Shown piece by piece: positions 9,977 to 20,382 of a stretch of DNA of 64,000 nucleotides. Origin of the DNA: Longimicrobiales bacterium (lineage in GTDB: Bacteria > Gemmatimonadota > Gemmatimonadetes > Longimicrobiales > Gaopeijiaceae); contig OZ250165.1 of assembly GCA_965238005.1 (NCBI GenBank), positions 1,536,001 through 1,600,000 on the forward strand, read 5' to 3'. The number at the start of each line of letters is the position of its first letter. Position 1 is the stretch's first letter. Position numbers and translations under genes: made by a program. The notes under the pieces are model-generated. The model had not been told where the DNA came from, did not search any database, and saw only the letters and a program-made list of their open reading frames with translations.

Positions 9977-11188
9977 GTGAGCTGCTGGAACCGTAGGAAA
10001 TCTGTCGAAGTCGACGTCGGTGGCGTGCGCGTCGGGGGAATGAACCCGATCGTGGTGCAGTCCATGACGAACACCGACACGGCCGACGTCGAAGCGACCT
10101 TCACGCAGGTCAGGGAGCTGGCCGAGGCGGGCAGTGAGCTGGTGCGCGTCACGGTCAACAACGACGCCGCGGCGGAGGCCGTCCCCGAGATCTCGTCGCG
10201 CCTCCAGGCCGAAGGCATCGACGTCCCGATCGTCGGGGACTTCCACTACAACGGGCATCTCCTGCTCACTGCGCATCCGGCGTGCGCCTGGGCTCTCGCC
10301 AAGCTCCGGATCAATCCGGGCAACGTGGGGACCAAGCACCGGGACGCGAACTTCCAGAAGATCATCGGAGTCGCCATCGCCAACGAGACGCCGGTGCGCA
10401 TCGGCGTGAACTGGGGCTCTCTCGATCAGCGGCTCCTCACCGAGATGATGGACCAGAACGCCGAGCTCGCCGATCCGAGGGACGCGCGGGAAGTACTGAT
10501 CGCCGCCATAGTGGAGAGCGCCATGCGCTCCGCCGAGCTGGCAGAGGAGATCGGGCTGGCGCACGACATGATCGTCCTCAGCGCAAAGGTCTCCGAGGTC
10601 CCGGACCTGATCCAGGTGTATCGGCTTCTCGCCGCCCGGAGCGATTACCCCCTCCATCTGGGCCTGACCGAGGCCGGAATGGGAACCAAGGGCGTCGTCG
10701 CCACGGCCGTGGGGATCGGCCCCCTGCTCATCGACGGAATCGGAGACACCATCCGTGTCTCACTCACCCCCGAGCCCGGGGGTGACCGAGCCGAAGAAGT
10801 CCGCGTTGCCCGGCAGATCCTACAGTCGCTGCAGATCCGAAGCTTCGAGCCTCAGGTGACGGCGTGCCCGGGGTGTGGTCGCACGACGAGCACGTTCTTC
10901 CAGGAGATGGCCCAGGAAATCCACGGGTACATTCAGGACCAGATGCTCCGGTGGCGCCAGGAGTTCCCTGGGGTCGAAGAGATGACGGTGGCCGTCATGG
11001 GGTGCGTGGTGAACGGTCCAGGCGAGTCCAAGCACGCCAACCTGGGCATCTCGTTGCCGGGGACGTTCGAGGAGCCCAAGGCCCCTGTATACGTGGACGG
11101 AGAGCACCACTGCACGCTCCGCGGGGAAGGTCTCGTCGACGAGTTCAAGGCGATCCTGGAGGACTACGTGAGTACCCACTACGGCTAG
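9977..11188 (+). CDS. ispG: 4-hydroxy-3-methylbut-2-en-1-yl diphosphate synthase
   Basis: [50 protein letters not shown]. Confidence 0.97.
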   Translation: MSCWNRRKSVEVDVGGVRVGGMNPIVVQSMTNTDTADVEATFTQVRELAEAGSELVRVTVNNDAAAEAVPEISSRLQAEGIDVPIVGDFHYNGHLLLTAHPACAWALAKLRINPGNVGTKHRDANFQKIIGVAIANETPVRIGVNWGSLDQRLLTEMMDQNAELADPRDAREVLIAAIVESAMRSAELAEEIGLAHDMIVLSAKVSEVPDLIQVYRLLAARSDYPLHLGLTEAGMGTKGVVATAVGIGPLLIDGIGDTIRVSLTPEPGGDRAEEVRVARQILQSLQIRSFEPQVTACPGCGRTTSTFFQEMAQEIHGYIQDQMLRWRQEFPGVEEMTVAVMGCVVNGPGESKHANLGISLPGTFEEPKAPVYVDGEHHCTLRGEGLVDEFKAILEDYVSTHYG

Positions 11189-11210
11189 TGTGGTGTTACA
11201 GAAGTGTCTC
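11185..11210. mobile_element. Solo end of the MITE-like element overlapping the ispG stop codon
   Basis: CTAGTGTGGTGTTACAGAAGTGTCTC, 3 mismatches from the reverse complement of the element right end. Confidence 0.75.
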
Positions 11211-11251
11211 CTAGGAGCCAGGCTAGGAGCCAGGGGCCGAGCCCGTGCCGG

Positions 11252-13150
11252 TCAACCGTATGCGGGGGACTCCGTCGCAGGGGGCGATGCTCCGCCCGGG
11301 GAGCGGCGAGCGACGAGGAAAGCCAACAGATAGGCGGTGATCGCCACCAGGGTCATTGCGCGAAACCCCAACGCCATCGAGAAGAACTCGGCCAGGCCGC
11401 CGGCCACGGCGCCCATGAGATTCCAGCCGAAGGCCAGGTCCGAGGCGGGTCGTGCCTTGAAGCGCGACGCGAAACAAAGCGACGCGAAGATGACCGGGGC
11501 AGCCACGTAAAGGATGGACAGCGCGAGGCGTGTGGGCGGATCCGTGCGGAGCAACGCTTCAAGTGGGATGGCATAGGTGATGAGCAGGGCCACCACCAGT
11601 CCGACTCCCGCCAGGGTCCATGGAACGGGCCTCAGCTCCATGAGAACGGTTCCCAGGAGGATGGTCATCAGGATCGCACCGAAGACCACGGCCGAGGTCA
11701 ACCACGTCGCGCCCCAGAGTAGGTTCATCGTCGTCGCTGGGGGGGTCTCCTCTGAGGGCCTCGTCCTGCAGATACCAGGCGTCAGCATCGATGGGCTCGG
11801 CGGAGTCCTGGTAGGCGGGTCCCGCCATGTAGATGACGTTGAACAAGTTGTAGAACTCCCGGTGAGCGATCGGCATCCGGCCGAACGTAGCGGCGAGGAG
11901 CGCCGTGAGGTGTTCGAAGATGTACTCCTCGCCCACCGAGAAGTACATCACGATACCGCCGTCGGCCGTGAGCCGGTCACGCGCGGCTGCCAAAGCCTCT
12001 CGAGTGTACACGAAGTTATCGAGGCGCACGTTCGAGAGCGCCGACAGCCGGGTCAGGGAGTCCAGTGTTCCGAAGACGATCAGATCGAACCGCTCCGTCG
12101 TCTCGTTCAGGAACGAACGCGCGTCGACTTTGGTGGACGATCACTCGGGGATCCGCGTAAGGGAGGTTCGGGTGCACCTCTCTCCCCAAGCTCAGGATGA
12201 CCGGATCGATCTCCACCGCATGGATCTCACTTGCCCCCTCGCCCAGAAGCACCGCGACATCGTTTCCGGTGCCAGCGCCCAATATCAGCGCTTTCCTTAT
12301 GGGGCGCCCCAAGCGCCGATAGGGTAGACGATACCCCATCACCGTTCTCTGCCGATCCTCGAAACCCACGTACTCTGCCGAGAAGTCGATGGCGATCTGA
12401 TGAAGAGACCCGTTCGCCAGGATGTAATGGTCCGGAATTTCTTGGAGCGGGACGTCCGCCACGGCGTAGTAAGGGCTGTACCGCTCCGGGCCGGTCGCCC
12501 GGGCCACAACGAATAGAACGGTTGCAGATACCACCACGAAGAAGATTCTCAAACGCGGCTGCCGCAACACGAGAAAGAGTCCTCCCAAGAGTGCGGGAAG
12601 GAACCACCAAACCGGCCGAAGGCCGGAGAAGGACACCACGGTGAAGCAGACCACACCCACCAGAGAGCCTGCCAGGTCCAACGAGTATCCCCAGAGAGCA
12701 GAGCTCTGCGTGCGGAACGCTTCGAGCCGGACGCCGATGAACTGGCCGAGAGGCACGAAGGAGAAGGCACTGAGGGAGAAGAGCACGATGAGGGGTAGGC
12801 GTATCCCCTCCACAACGAGTGCATCTTCGGGCAGGTCGAGATAGAGAAGCCACAAGTGCTCGGTGACAGCGTTGGCGGTGAACGCCACTCGCCCCATGGC
12901 CCAAGCGCTGGCCACGAGTGCCAAGAGTCCGGCGGGCCACATCCACATCATCGGTTTCGACCGAGCCCGAAGCGCACCCACGCCCAAGCCCAGGAATGCA
13001 CTCAGGAGTATCAGGTTGGGAAAGTAGCCCACCACGCGTACCTCTACGGGGAGCCACCGAATCAGCGCCAACTCTTGAAAGAGGACGACGAAGGACGCGC
13101 CTACGAGCTCTGCACCGTGGCGTCGTGTGGAGAAGTCCTGTGTTCGGATC
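11252..13150 (-). pseudogene. Membrane spermidine synthase-like / SAM methyltransferase, disrupted
   Basis: ELALIRW, LILGAGTGND, AVEIDP, NLMGAVAGG spread over three frames; frameshift near 12130 and apparent deletion near 11730. Confidence 0.8.
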
Positions 13151-13358
13151 CGAAACCTCCAGTTGGAGGGTGGGGCCCCTCAGGCGGGGCCGTGGCACCG
13201 TGTGCTCAAAGCGCCAACACTATGGAACACAGATGGAGAAGGCAAAAACGCCGGCCTTTACAGCGCTGTGAGCCCGGCCTATCTCTCTAGCCCCCGCAGA
13301 AGCGGCTCAGCAGAAGCGGCTCATATGATGGCGCCACGGCTTGAGGAAATCGGTGTCG

Positions 13359-13423
13359 TAGTGTTCCGTTGCCGAAGTTCGCGTGCCCTCGACGGGCCGA
13401 GACACTTTGGCAACGGGACATTG
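13359..13423. mobile_element. 65-bp variant of the MITE-like element
   Basis: Shares TAGTGT..GAAGTTCGCG and GGCCGAGACACTT with the family; 20-bp imperfect inverted repeat. Confidence 0.7.
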
Positions 13424-13494
13424 GGGGATCCGAGGAACTTGAATCCCGTCCCTCGAAGATACATTAAATACGGTTCGTTAACTTATTGCACGAT

Positions 13495-14961
13495 ATGTCG
13501 ATAAGAGTCAGATTCCCTCCCTCGCCCACGGGATATCTGCACGTCGGTGGGGCGCGCACGGCCCTCTTCAATTGGCTGTTCGCGCGACATCACGGGGGCG
13601 CCCTCGTCCTCCGCATCGAAGACACCGATCGGGACCGCTCGAAGCCCGAGCATACCGAGGCCATCCTCCACGGGCTCCGCTGGTTGGGTCTCGACTGGGA
13701 CGAGGGTCCCTACTATCAGAGCGAGGGGGTCGAGCGACATCGGCAGGATGCCGTGACCTTGCTGAGCGCCGGGAAGGCTTACCGGGACTTCACGACCCCC
13801 GAAGATCTCGCTCAGGAGAGAGAGGCGGCCAAGGGCGGGCGATCCGACCGCCGCATCCCGCGGCGGCGCGCAGAGTCGCTGGCGCCTGGAGAGGCCGAGG
13901 AGCTGGCGGCGAAGGGGGCTCCGCATGCAATCCGCTTCTGCGTGCCGGAGGGGGAGACGGTGTGGGAGGACATGGTTCACGGCGAGATGACGTTCCAGAA
14001 TGAGGAGATCGACGATCTGGTCATTCTCCGCGGTGACGGGAATCCCACGTACAATCTCGCGGTCGCGTCCGACGACGCGGAGCAGCGTATCAGCCACGTG
14101 ATTCGCGGGGACGATCACCTCTCGAACACGCCAAAGCAGATTCTGATCTGCCAGGCCATGGGCTGGCCCGTCCCCATCTTCGGTCATGTTCCGATGATTC
14201 TCGGCTCGGACGGAAAGCGGCTCTCCAAGCGCCATGGAGCGACGGCGGTGGGGGAGTACGAGGAACAGGGATTCCTCGCCGAGGCCATGGTCAACTTCCT
14301 GGCGCTCCTCGGTTGGAGTCCCGGCGACGATCAGGAGGTGATGACCGTGGAAGAGCTCATCGAGCGCTTCTCCATGGACCGGGTCCTCAAAAAGAGCTCC
14401 GTGTTCGACCCCAAGAAGCTGGATTGGCTCTCCGGACAGCACTTCAACACCAGCAGAGCGGAGGAGCTCGAGCCTCTGCTTACTCAGGGGCTGGTGGCCG
14501 CGGCGCTGGCAACCCGAGACGAGCTGCAGGGCCGCTGGAACTGGTATCTCAGTCTCATCGATCTCCTGAAGACCAGGGCGCGCCGCATCCCCGATCTCGT
14601 GGATCTGGCCCGTCCATTCCTCTCGGAGGAGCTCGACTTCGACCCCGAGGCCGTCCAGAAACACTGGCTGAAGGCGCCTGAAGAGGCCCTGGAGCGGCTG
14701 AAAAGCCTTCGCTCGAGGCTGGCTGACGCAGCATGGGAGGTAGCCACGCTCGAGGAGATCGTGAGGGGTTATGCGGAGGAGACTTCGGTGGGGGCGGGCA
14801 AGGTGATCCACCCGCTCCGCGTGGCCGTGACGGGTCGCCAAGCGAGCCCTGGAATCTTCGAAGTCTTGGATTTTCTAGGCAGGGAGCGGGTTCTGGCACG
14901 CTTGGACGGGGCCATCGAGCGTCTCGAAGCCCCTGACGCGCCCACTCTGGCGGGCAATTAA
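13495..14961 (+). CDS. gltX: Glutamate--tRNA ligase
   Basis: RFPPSPTGYLHVGG, LRIEDTD, IRGDDHLSNT, KRLSKR. Confidence 0.97.
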   Translation: MSIRVRFPPSPTGYLHVGGARTALFNWLFARHHGGALVLRIEDTDRDRSKPEHTEAILHGLRWLGLDWDEGPYYQSEGVERHRQDAVTLLSAGKAYRDFTTPEDLAQEREAAKGGRSDRRIPRRRAESLAPGEAEELAAKGAPHAIRFCVPEGETVWEDMVHGEMTFQNEEIDDLVILRGDGNPTYNLAVASDDAEQRISHVIRGDDHLSNTPKQILICQAMGWPVPIFGHVPMILGSDGKRLSKRHGATAVGEYEEQGFLAEAMVNFLALLGWSPGDDQEVMTVEELIERFSMDRVLKKSSVFDPKKLDWLSGQHFNTSRAEELEPLLTQGLVAAALATRDELQGRWNWYLSLIDLLKTRARRIPDLVDLARPFLSEELDFDPEAVQKHWLKAPEEALERLKSLRSRLADAAWEVATLEEIVRGYAEETSVGAGKVIHPLRVAVTGRQASPGIFEVLDFLGRERVLARLDGAIERLEAPDAPTLAGN

Positions 14962-14970
14962 AGTTCTTTC

Positions 14971-15000
14971 TTGACTAGGCGGATCGCCGCGCATTAGGAT
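14971..15000 (+). promoter_or_regulatory. Putative sigma70 promoter of the lexA-like gene
   Basis: TTGACT-N18-TAGGAT. Confidence 0.5.
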
Positions 15001-15104
15001 GTCTTCTCCCCAGCCCCACAAGACCCTTTCGGTGGCGGGAACAGGTGTTTATTCTCCCTGTAGGCGACCGCAACGGGCGATATCAGCGAATATCGGAGTC
15101 CGGG

Positions 15105-15758
15105 ATGGAGCAAAGCATCACCGTAATCGAGCGAAAGATTCTCGACTTCATGGTGTATTATCTGCGTACCAACACCTATCAGCCCTCCATCCGCGAGATC
15201 GGGGAACGGTTCGGGATCAAGAGTACCAAGACCGTATCGGAGCATCTCCAGGCCCTCGCCGACAAGGGATTCCTCGAGCGAGACCCCTCCCGCTCACGGG
15301 GGGTGAAGATCTTGGGCGTGGATCTGAGCGCCCAAACGATCTCCGTACCCTGCTATCACGAGCTCCCGCAGGATCGGCTCGGGCTCCGCACCGAGCAGGC
15401 CGAGATGCATCTGACGATGGACCGACGGCTCGCTGGTGCGAAGGGGTCGTTCTTCGTACGTGCGACGGGCGAGGGGTTCGCCTCTTTCGACATCGCCGAA
15501 GGTGACTACCTGCTGATCGAGCCAGCCGTGGTGGAAGATCTGGCGGAGCACTCCATCGTGGTGGCGCGCATCAAAGGCGCGCCGTCCTTCTACGAGTTCT
15601 CGCGCAACGGCCGCGGCGTCGACCTCACGCCGGTGCGAGGCGGAGGACAGGTGACGGCGTTGGAGGATCCCTCCCAGCTGCAGCTCATCGGGCGGGTCGT
15701 GGCCCTCTACCGGCGGATGGACGACGCTCCCATCGTGGTCAGCACCACGGCCCACTGA
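15105..15758 (+). CDS. LexA-like repressor with a degenerate S24 peptidase domain
   Basis: LexA winged helix (YQPSIREIGERFGIKS..V.EHLQALADKGFLER...SR); Ala-Gly, Ser and Lys positions replaced. Confidence 0.85.
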   Translation: MEQSITVIERKILDFMVYYLRTNTYQPSIREIGERFGIKSTKTVSEHLQALADKGFLERDPSRSRGVKILGVDLSAQTISVPCYHELPQDRLGLRTEQAEMHLTMDRRLAGAKGSFFVRATGEGFASFDIAEGDYLLIEPAVVEDLAEHSIVVARIKGAPSFYEFSRNGRGVDLTPVRGGGQVTALEDPSQLQLIGRVVALYRRMDDAPIVVSTTAH

Positions 15759-15811
15759 CGGATGTGCCCGCCGGGATCTCCCCGGGGCACCCACCTTCCG
15801 GCAGTCGAGCA

Positions 15812-16309
15812 TTGAGCGAGTTGACGCCTCCCCCCGTGGTCGACTGGACCGCATCTCAGCCCGGTGACCCCATGTGGATGGCCCGGGCCGTGGAGATGGC
15901 CAGGGTGGCCGGCTCGCAGGGGGAGGTGCCTGTGGGCGCTGTGCTCACCCGGGACGGCCGACTCCTGGCCGAAGGGTACAACCTGACCGTCACGGCCAAG
16001 GACCCTACTGCGCATGCGGAGGTCGTGGTGCTCCGCAAGGCTGCGGAGCGGCTCGGCGACTGGAGGCTCCTTGAGTGCACGCTCTACGTTACCCTGGAGC
16101 CGTGCGCCATGTGTGCCGGGGCATTGGTCCTCTCTCGCCTTCCGCGCCTCGTGTTCGGAGCGTCGGACCCCAAGGCCGGAATGGTGGGAAGCCTCGGTAA
16201 CCTGGTTCAGGACGAGCGACTGAATCACGCGATCGAGGTGACGGGGGAGGTGTTGGCCGATGCCTGTGGGATGCTGCTCGAGGAGTTCTTCCGGGCGCGA
16301 CGTGGGTAG
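15812..16309 (+). CDS. tadA: tRNA adenosine(34) deaminase; start uncertain
   Basis: EVPVGAV, DPTAHAE, TLEPCAMCAGA, FFRARR. Confidence 0.93.
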   Translation: MSELTPPPVVDWTASQPGDPMWMARAVEMARVAGSQGEVPVGAVLTRDGRLLAEGYNLTVTAKDPTAHAEVVVLRKAAERLGDWRLLECTLYVTLEPCAMCAGALVLSRLPRLVFGASDPKAGMVGSLGNLVQDERLNHAIEVTGEVLADACGMLLEEFFRARRG

Positions 16310-16560
16310 GGGGGTGCGGCCGCTCGGACTGTGGATCGTCGCGATCCTGTTGGGCGGCCCTGCCAGACCGTGGGATCCGCGGGGTCTCCCTCCCCCTTCC
16401 CGCCAACCGGGGTCTCTGGGTGGTGCGGACCACGCTCGTGCACCCCGACTCGGTGCGAGCCATGGTGCGCCGGGCCGCCGACGCGGGCTTCAACACGTTG
16501 TTGGTCCAGGTTCGCGGCAGGGCGGACAGTTATTTCTCGGGCGGCATCGGTCGTCCCCCG
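16302..16560 (+). pseudogene. N-terminal remnant of a family 10-like glycosyl hydrolase (YddW/GHL10)
   Basis: GLWVVRTTL...MVRRAADAGFNTLLVQVRGRADSYF, then similarity ends abruptly. Confidence 0.65.
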
Positions 16561-16701
16561 CCCTGGTTTCGGGGGCCCAGGCCGCTCCGAGTATGTCGTC
16601 CACGCAGGCGGCGCCCAGCTCCAGCCCGAACTTCAGAATCGAACCGTGATCAGGACGCTCGGGGGGCGCCGAGGCGGATTGGGATGCTGGCACCGTGCGA
16701 G

Positions 16702-18717
16702 CTAGCGGGCCAGAGGGGGATACGTATCGAGGTCGGTATCTCGGACGACTACCGAGGTTCCCAGAAGCCTGAGGAAGCCCACCAGAATCCCGACGCCCAG
16801 CAGCAGCGCGACCCAGACCGGGAGGCCCAGGGCCGTTCCCAGGTCACCGACGGCCATTCCCAGGGCCGCTACGAGTAGCGCGTACGGCAGCTGGGTCTTC
16901 ACGTGGTCCACGTGATCGCACGCCGCCGCCGTGGAGCTGAGCACCGTCGTGTCCGAGATCGGCGAGCAGTGATCGCCGAAGATCGCTCCGGCCAGGACCG
17001 AGCTGATGGCGCCGAGCAGGATCGAGTATTCGCCGGCCACCATGAATCCCTCGCCCCCTCCGAGGCTGACGGTGAGGGGGATCACCACCGGGATGAGGAT
17101 GGCCATGGTGGCCCAGGACGTTCCCGTGGCGAAGGCCATGGTCGCAGCCGTGAGGAACACCAGCATTGGGATGACCTCGATGGGAAACGCGTCGCTGAGA
17201 ATCTGAGCGAGGTACTGTGCGGTCCCCAGATCGTTGGTGACCTGTCCCAATGACCACGCCATGGTGAGGATGATCATCGCCATGAGCATCGCCTTCATGC
17301 CGGCCAGCAAGGCGTCCAGTGACTCCTTGACGGAGAGGATCCGCTGGGTGACCGAGAGGACGATGGCCACGAAGCAGCCGGCGAACGAACCCCACAGGAG
17401 CGTGGCGAAGGGATCGGCGGCCCCGAAGATGTCCATGAGACGGGCGTTGGTTCCCACGGAGGCCCTCCCGCTCGTGTAGAGCCCGGTCAACACCACCAGG
17501 ATCACGGTCACTATGGGGATCGTCGCGTTGTACCACCGCGGGACGACCCCTTCAGCGGGCTGCAGGAGCGAGTCCGAGGTGTCCACCGCGAGCTGTGCTC
17601 CCGAGCGGTAGAGCCCGTCGCCGGCGGCCGCCCGGCGCTCTGCTACGGCCATGGGTCCGAAGTCGCGGTTGGTGATGGACGTGATGAACACGAAGGCGAG
17701 AGCCAGAAGCGGATAGAACAGATAAGGGATGGTGCCGATGAAGACCGCGAACGGGCTGACGGACGAGAGTGTCTCTATGAGCGCCGGATCCACGCCGGGC
17801 TGTGCTGCAGCGATCCTCATGCCGTCGGCGATGAGGGAGATCTCGTATCCCACCCAGGTCGAGATGGGGACCATGGCCGCTACAGGGGCGGCGGTGGAGT
17901 CCACGATGTAGGCGAGCTTCTCCCTGGAGATCTTCAGGCGATCAGTGATGGGCCGCATCGTGTTTCCGACGATGAGCGTGTTGGCGTAGTCGTCGAAGAA
18001 GATGGCCAGCCCTGCCAGCCACGTTGCGATCTTGCCACGCCGGCTCGTGCTGGCGAAGGGGCTCACGGCGTCGACGATGCCCTGGGTGCCGCCGTTCCTG
18101 GCCACGATGCCCACCAGACCACCCAACAGGAGGGAGAAGACGACGATCTGGGTGTGCCCCCCGTCCACGTCACCCAGGGCCGGCACCGCATACGTGTCGA
18201 TGGTGCGCCAGAGCGCCGAGAGCGGGTTATAGCCCGCCACGGCCAGGGCGCCCAACCAGATGCCCGCCAGAAGGGCCGTGAGGACCTCTCGGAAGATCAG
18301 TGCGAGGAGGATCGCGACCAGGGGTGGAACGAGCGAGAACCAACCGGGCGCGTACGGTCGTGCGATCTGGTGGGTGGTGTCACCGATGCTGACCGTAAGC
18401 GGAAGCCCGTCACGACCGCGAACCACCAAGTCGGTCGCCGTCACCGTCTCTCTCGGGGCGACGGTCCCGGAGCTCAGAAGCGTCCCCTGGGCATCTCGGA
18501 CTTCATACCCGAGAGAGGTGTCACCTCCGCCCGAGACGTCGAGTGTGAACGGCACTCCGCCGAGGATCACCTTCGGCGCATTGGTCACTTCCTGACCGAG
18601 GGCGGCCTGGGGCCCGAACGCCGCGAGAGAGGTCGCCAGCAGGAAGAGGCGGGGCATGGAGCTCAGACGCATAGGGGCCGTTTCAACGGTGTTGAGTGTG
18701 GTCAAACGGGCGTTCAT
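16702..18717 (-). CDS. NhaC-family Na+/H+ antiporter / amino acid transporter with an N-terminal soluble domain
   Basis: IFFDDYAN, AYIVDSTAAP, FATGTSW, GDHCSPISDTT. Confidence 0.92.
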   Translation of the reverse strand: MNARLTTLNTVETAPMRLSSMPRLFLLATSLAAFGPQAALGQEVTNAPKVILGGVPFTLDVSGGGDTSLGYEVRDAQGTLLSSGTVAPRETVTATDLVVRGRDGLPLTVSIGDTTHQIARPYAPGWFSLVPPLVAILLALIFREVLTALLAGIWLGALAVAGYNPLSALWRTIDTYAVPALGDVDGGHTQIVVFSLLLGGLVGIVARNGGTQGIVDAVSPFASTSRRGKIATWLAGLAIFFDDYANTLIVGNTMRPITDRLKISREKLAYIVDSTAAPVAAMVPISTWVGYEISLIADGMRIAAAQPGVDPALIETLSSVSPFAVFIGTIPYLFYPLLALAFVFITSITNRDFGPMAVAERRAAAGDGLYRSGAQLAVDTSDSLLQPAEGVVPRWYNATIPIVTVILVVLTGLYTSGRASVGTNARLMDIFGAADPFATLLWGSFAGCFVAIVLSVTQRILSVKESLDALLAGMKAMLMAMIILTMAWSLGQVTNDLGTAQYLAQILSDAFPIEVIPMLVFLTAATMAFATGTSWATMAILIPVVIPLTVSLGGGEGFMVAGEYSILLGAISSVLAGAIFGDHCSPISDTTVLSSTAAACDHVDHVKTQLPYALLVAALGMAVGDLGTALGLPVWVALLLGVGILVGFLRLLGTSVVVRDTDLDTYPPLAR

Positions 18718-18880
18718 GATGCCCGGCCGTCGTTCCCTTGTAAAGCCCCGGCACCTTGTCTACCTTCCGGCGCCCTGGACGCGTAATACGAACCCCGGGG
18801 GCCGGCTCCACCGGGGATCGGCCTTCGGGGATTGGCGCGTATAGGCCTCTAGACAGGAGCTTTCACTGCACGTCTCGATC

Positions 18881-19414
18881 ATGGACGAACAGGCGGTTCG
18901 GCGGGCCGTCGCACGGATGGCCCGCGAGCTCGTCGAGCAGAACGAAGGACCCAGCGATCTTGCCCTTCTGGGAATCCAGCGCCGCGGGGTGCAGATCGCC
19001 CATCTGATCCAAGCCGAGGTTGAGCGGGCAGAGGGCGTGGCCCTCCCTGTAGGTACCCTGGATATCACCCTCTACCGGGACGACCTGATGGCCATCGGAC
19101 CCCGGCCGGTGGTGGGCGAGTCCGTCCTACCAGCCGGCGGCGTGGATGAGCGTGCGGTGGTGCTCGTGGACGACGTCATCTTCACCGGACGCACCATTCG
19201 GGCGGCCCTGAACGAGCTCATGGATTGGGGACGGCCGTCGCGAGTGTTTCTCTGCGTGCTGGTCGATCGAGGCGGGCGCGAGATCCCGATTCAGCCGGAT
19301 GTCGTGGGACGGGTGGTGTCGGTGCTCCCCGACCAGACCGTGGACGTGAGCGTGCCCGAGCTCGACGACAAGCTCGCGGTGGACATCGTGCCGGTCCCAC
19401 CGGAGGCGGCATGA
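18881..19414 (+). CDS. pyrR: Bifunctional pyr regulator / uracil PRTase
   Basis: [34 protein letters not shown]. Confidence 0.96.
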   Translation: MDEQAVRRAVARMARELVEQNEGPSDLALLGIQRRGVQIAHLIQAEVERAEGVALPVGTLDITLYRDDLMAIGPRPVVGESVLPAGGVDERAVVLVDDVIFTGRTIRAALNELMDWGRPSRVFLCVLVDRGGREIPIQPDVVGRVVSVLPDQTVDVSVPELDDKLAVDIVPVPPEAA

Positions 19415-20382
19415 ATCGAACGGCCTCTTCCATCGGCAAGGACCTGGTCGGCCTCGAGCACCTCACCTCTCAGCAGATTCTCACCATTCTCGACATCGCG
19501 GAGCCCTTCAAGGAGATCTCCGAGCGGCGCATCAAGAAGGTCCCGGTTCTCCGCGGAAAGACGATCGTCAATCTCTTCTTCGAGCCTTCGACTCGAACCC
19601 GGGTCTCCTTCGAGTTCGCCGAGAAGCGTCTGAGCGCCGACACGGTGAACATCTCGTCCAGCGGCTCCTCGGTGGTGAAGGGCGAGACCCTAGTGGACTC
19701 GGCTCGGAACCTGGAGGCCATGAGGATCGACATGGTGGTCATGCGCCACGGCTCGTCCGGCGCAGCCAAGTTCCTGGCGGAGCGAATTCCCTCCATGGTC
19801 ATCAACGCCGGCGACGGAAGCCATGAGCATCCCACGCAGGCTCTTCTGGACATGCTCACGATCCGGGACCACCTGGGCCGGATCGAGGGCCTCAAGGTCT
19901 GCATCGTAGGAGACATCCTGCACTCGAGGGTGGCCCGGTCCAACATCTACGGGCTCGTCAAGCTCGGAGCCGAGGTGGCCGTGTGCGGTCCGAAGACCCT
20001 GCTCCCCATGAGGATCTCCGATCTCGGGGTGACGGTCTTCCAGCGGATCGAAGAAGCCATCGAGTGGGCCGACGTCCTCAACATCCTTCGTCTTCAGCTG
20101 GAGCGCATGGAGGGGGGATACCTCCCGAGCCTGCGCGAGTACAACCGGGTTTGGGGGGTCTCGCAGGCTCGCCTGGATCAAGCGCCCAAGGATCTGCTCA
20201 TCATGCACCCGGGCCCCATGAACCGCGGCGTGGAGATCGATAGTGATGTCGCGGACGGGCCGCACTCGGTGATTCTCCAGCAGGTGACGAACGGCGTGGC
20301 GGTCCGTATGGCGGTTCTCTACCTGCTCGCCGGGGGCGAGCCCGATACCGCCGAGGCCGCCAAGGAGGGTGGAGAGGGGTGA
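19411..20382 (+). CDS. pyrB: Aspartate carbamoyltransferase catalytic subunit
   Basis: [32 protein letters not shown]. Confidence 0.97.
   Translation: MNRTASSIGKDLVGLEHLTSQQILTILDIAEPFKEISERRIKKVPVLRGKTIVNLFFEPSTRTRVSFEFAEKRLSADTVNISSSGSSVVKGETLVDSARNLEAMRIDMVVMRHGSSGAAKFLAERIPSMVINAGDGSHEHPTQALLDMLTIRDHLGRIEGLKVCIVGDILHSRVARSNIYGLVKLGAEVAVCGPKTLLPMRISDLGVTVFQRIEEAIEWADVLNILRLQLERMEGGYLPSLREYNRVWGVSQARLDQAPKDLLIMHPGPMNRGVEIDSDVADGPHSVILQQVTNGVAVRMAVLYLLAGGEPDTAEAAKEGGEG

Noticed and set aside
9858..11210. ispG as cargo of a MITE composite transposon
   Set aside because: Both element termini face ispG, so the gene lies outside the elements
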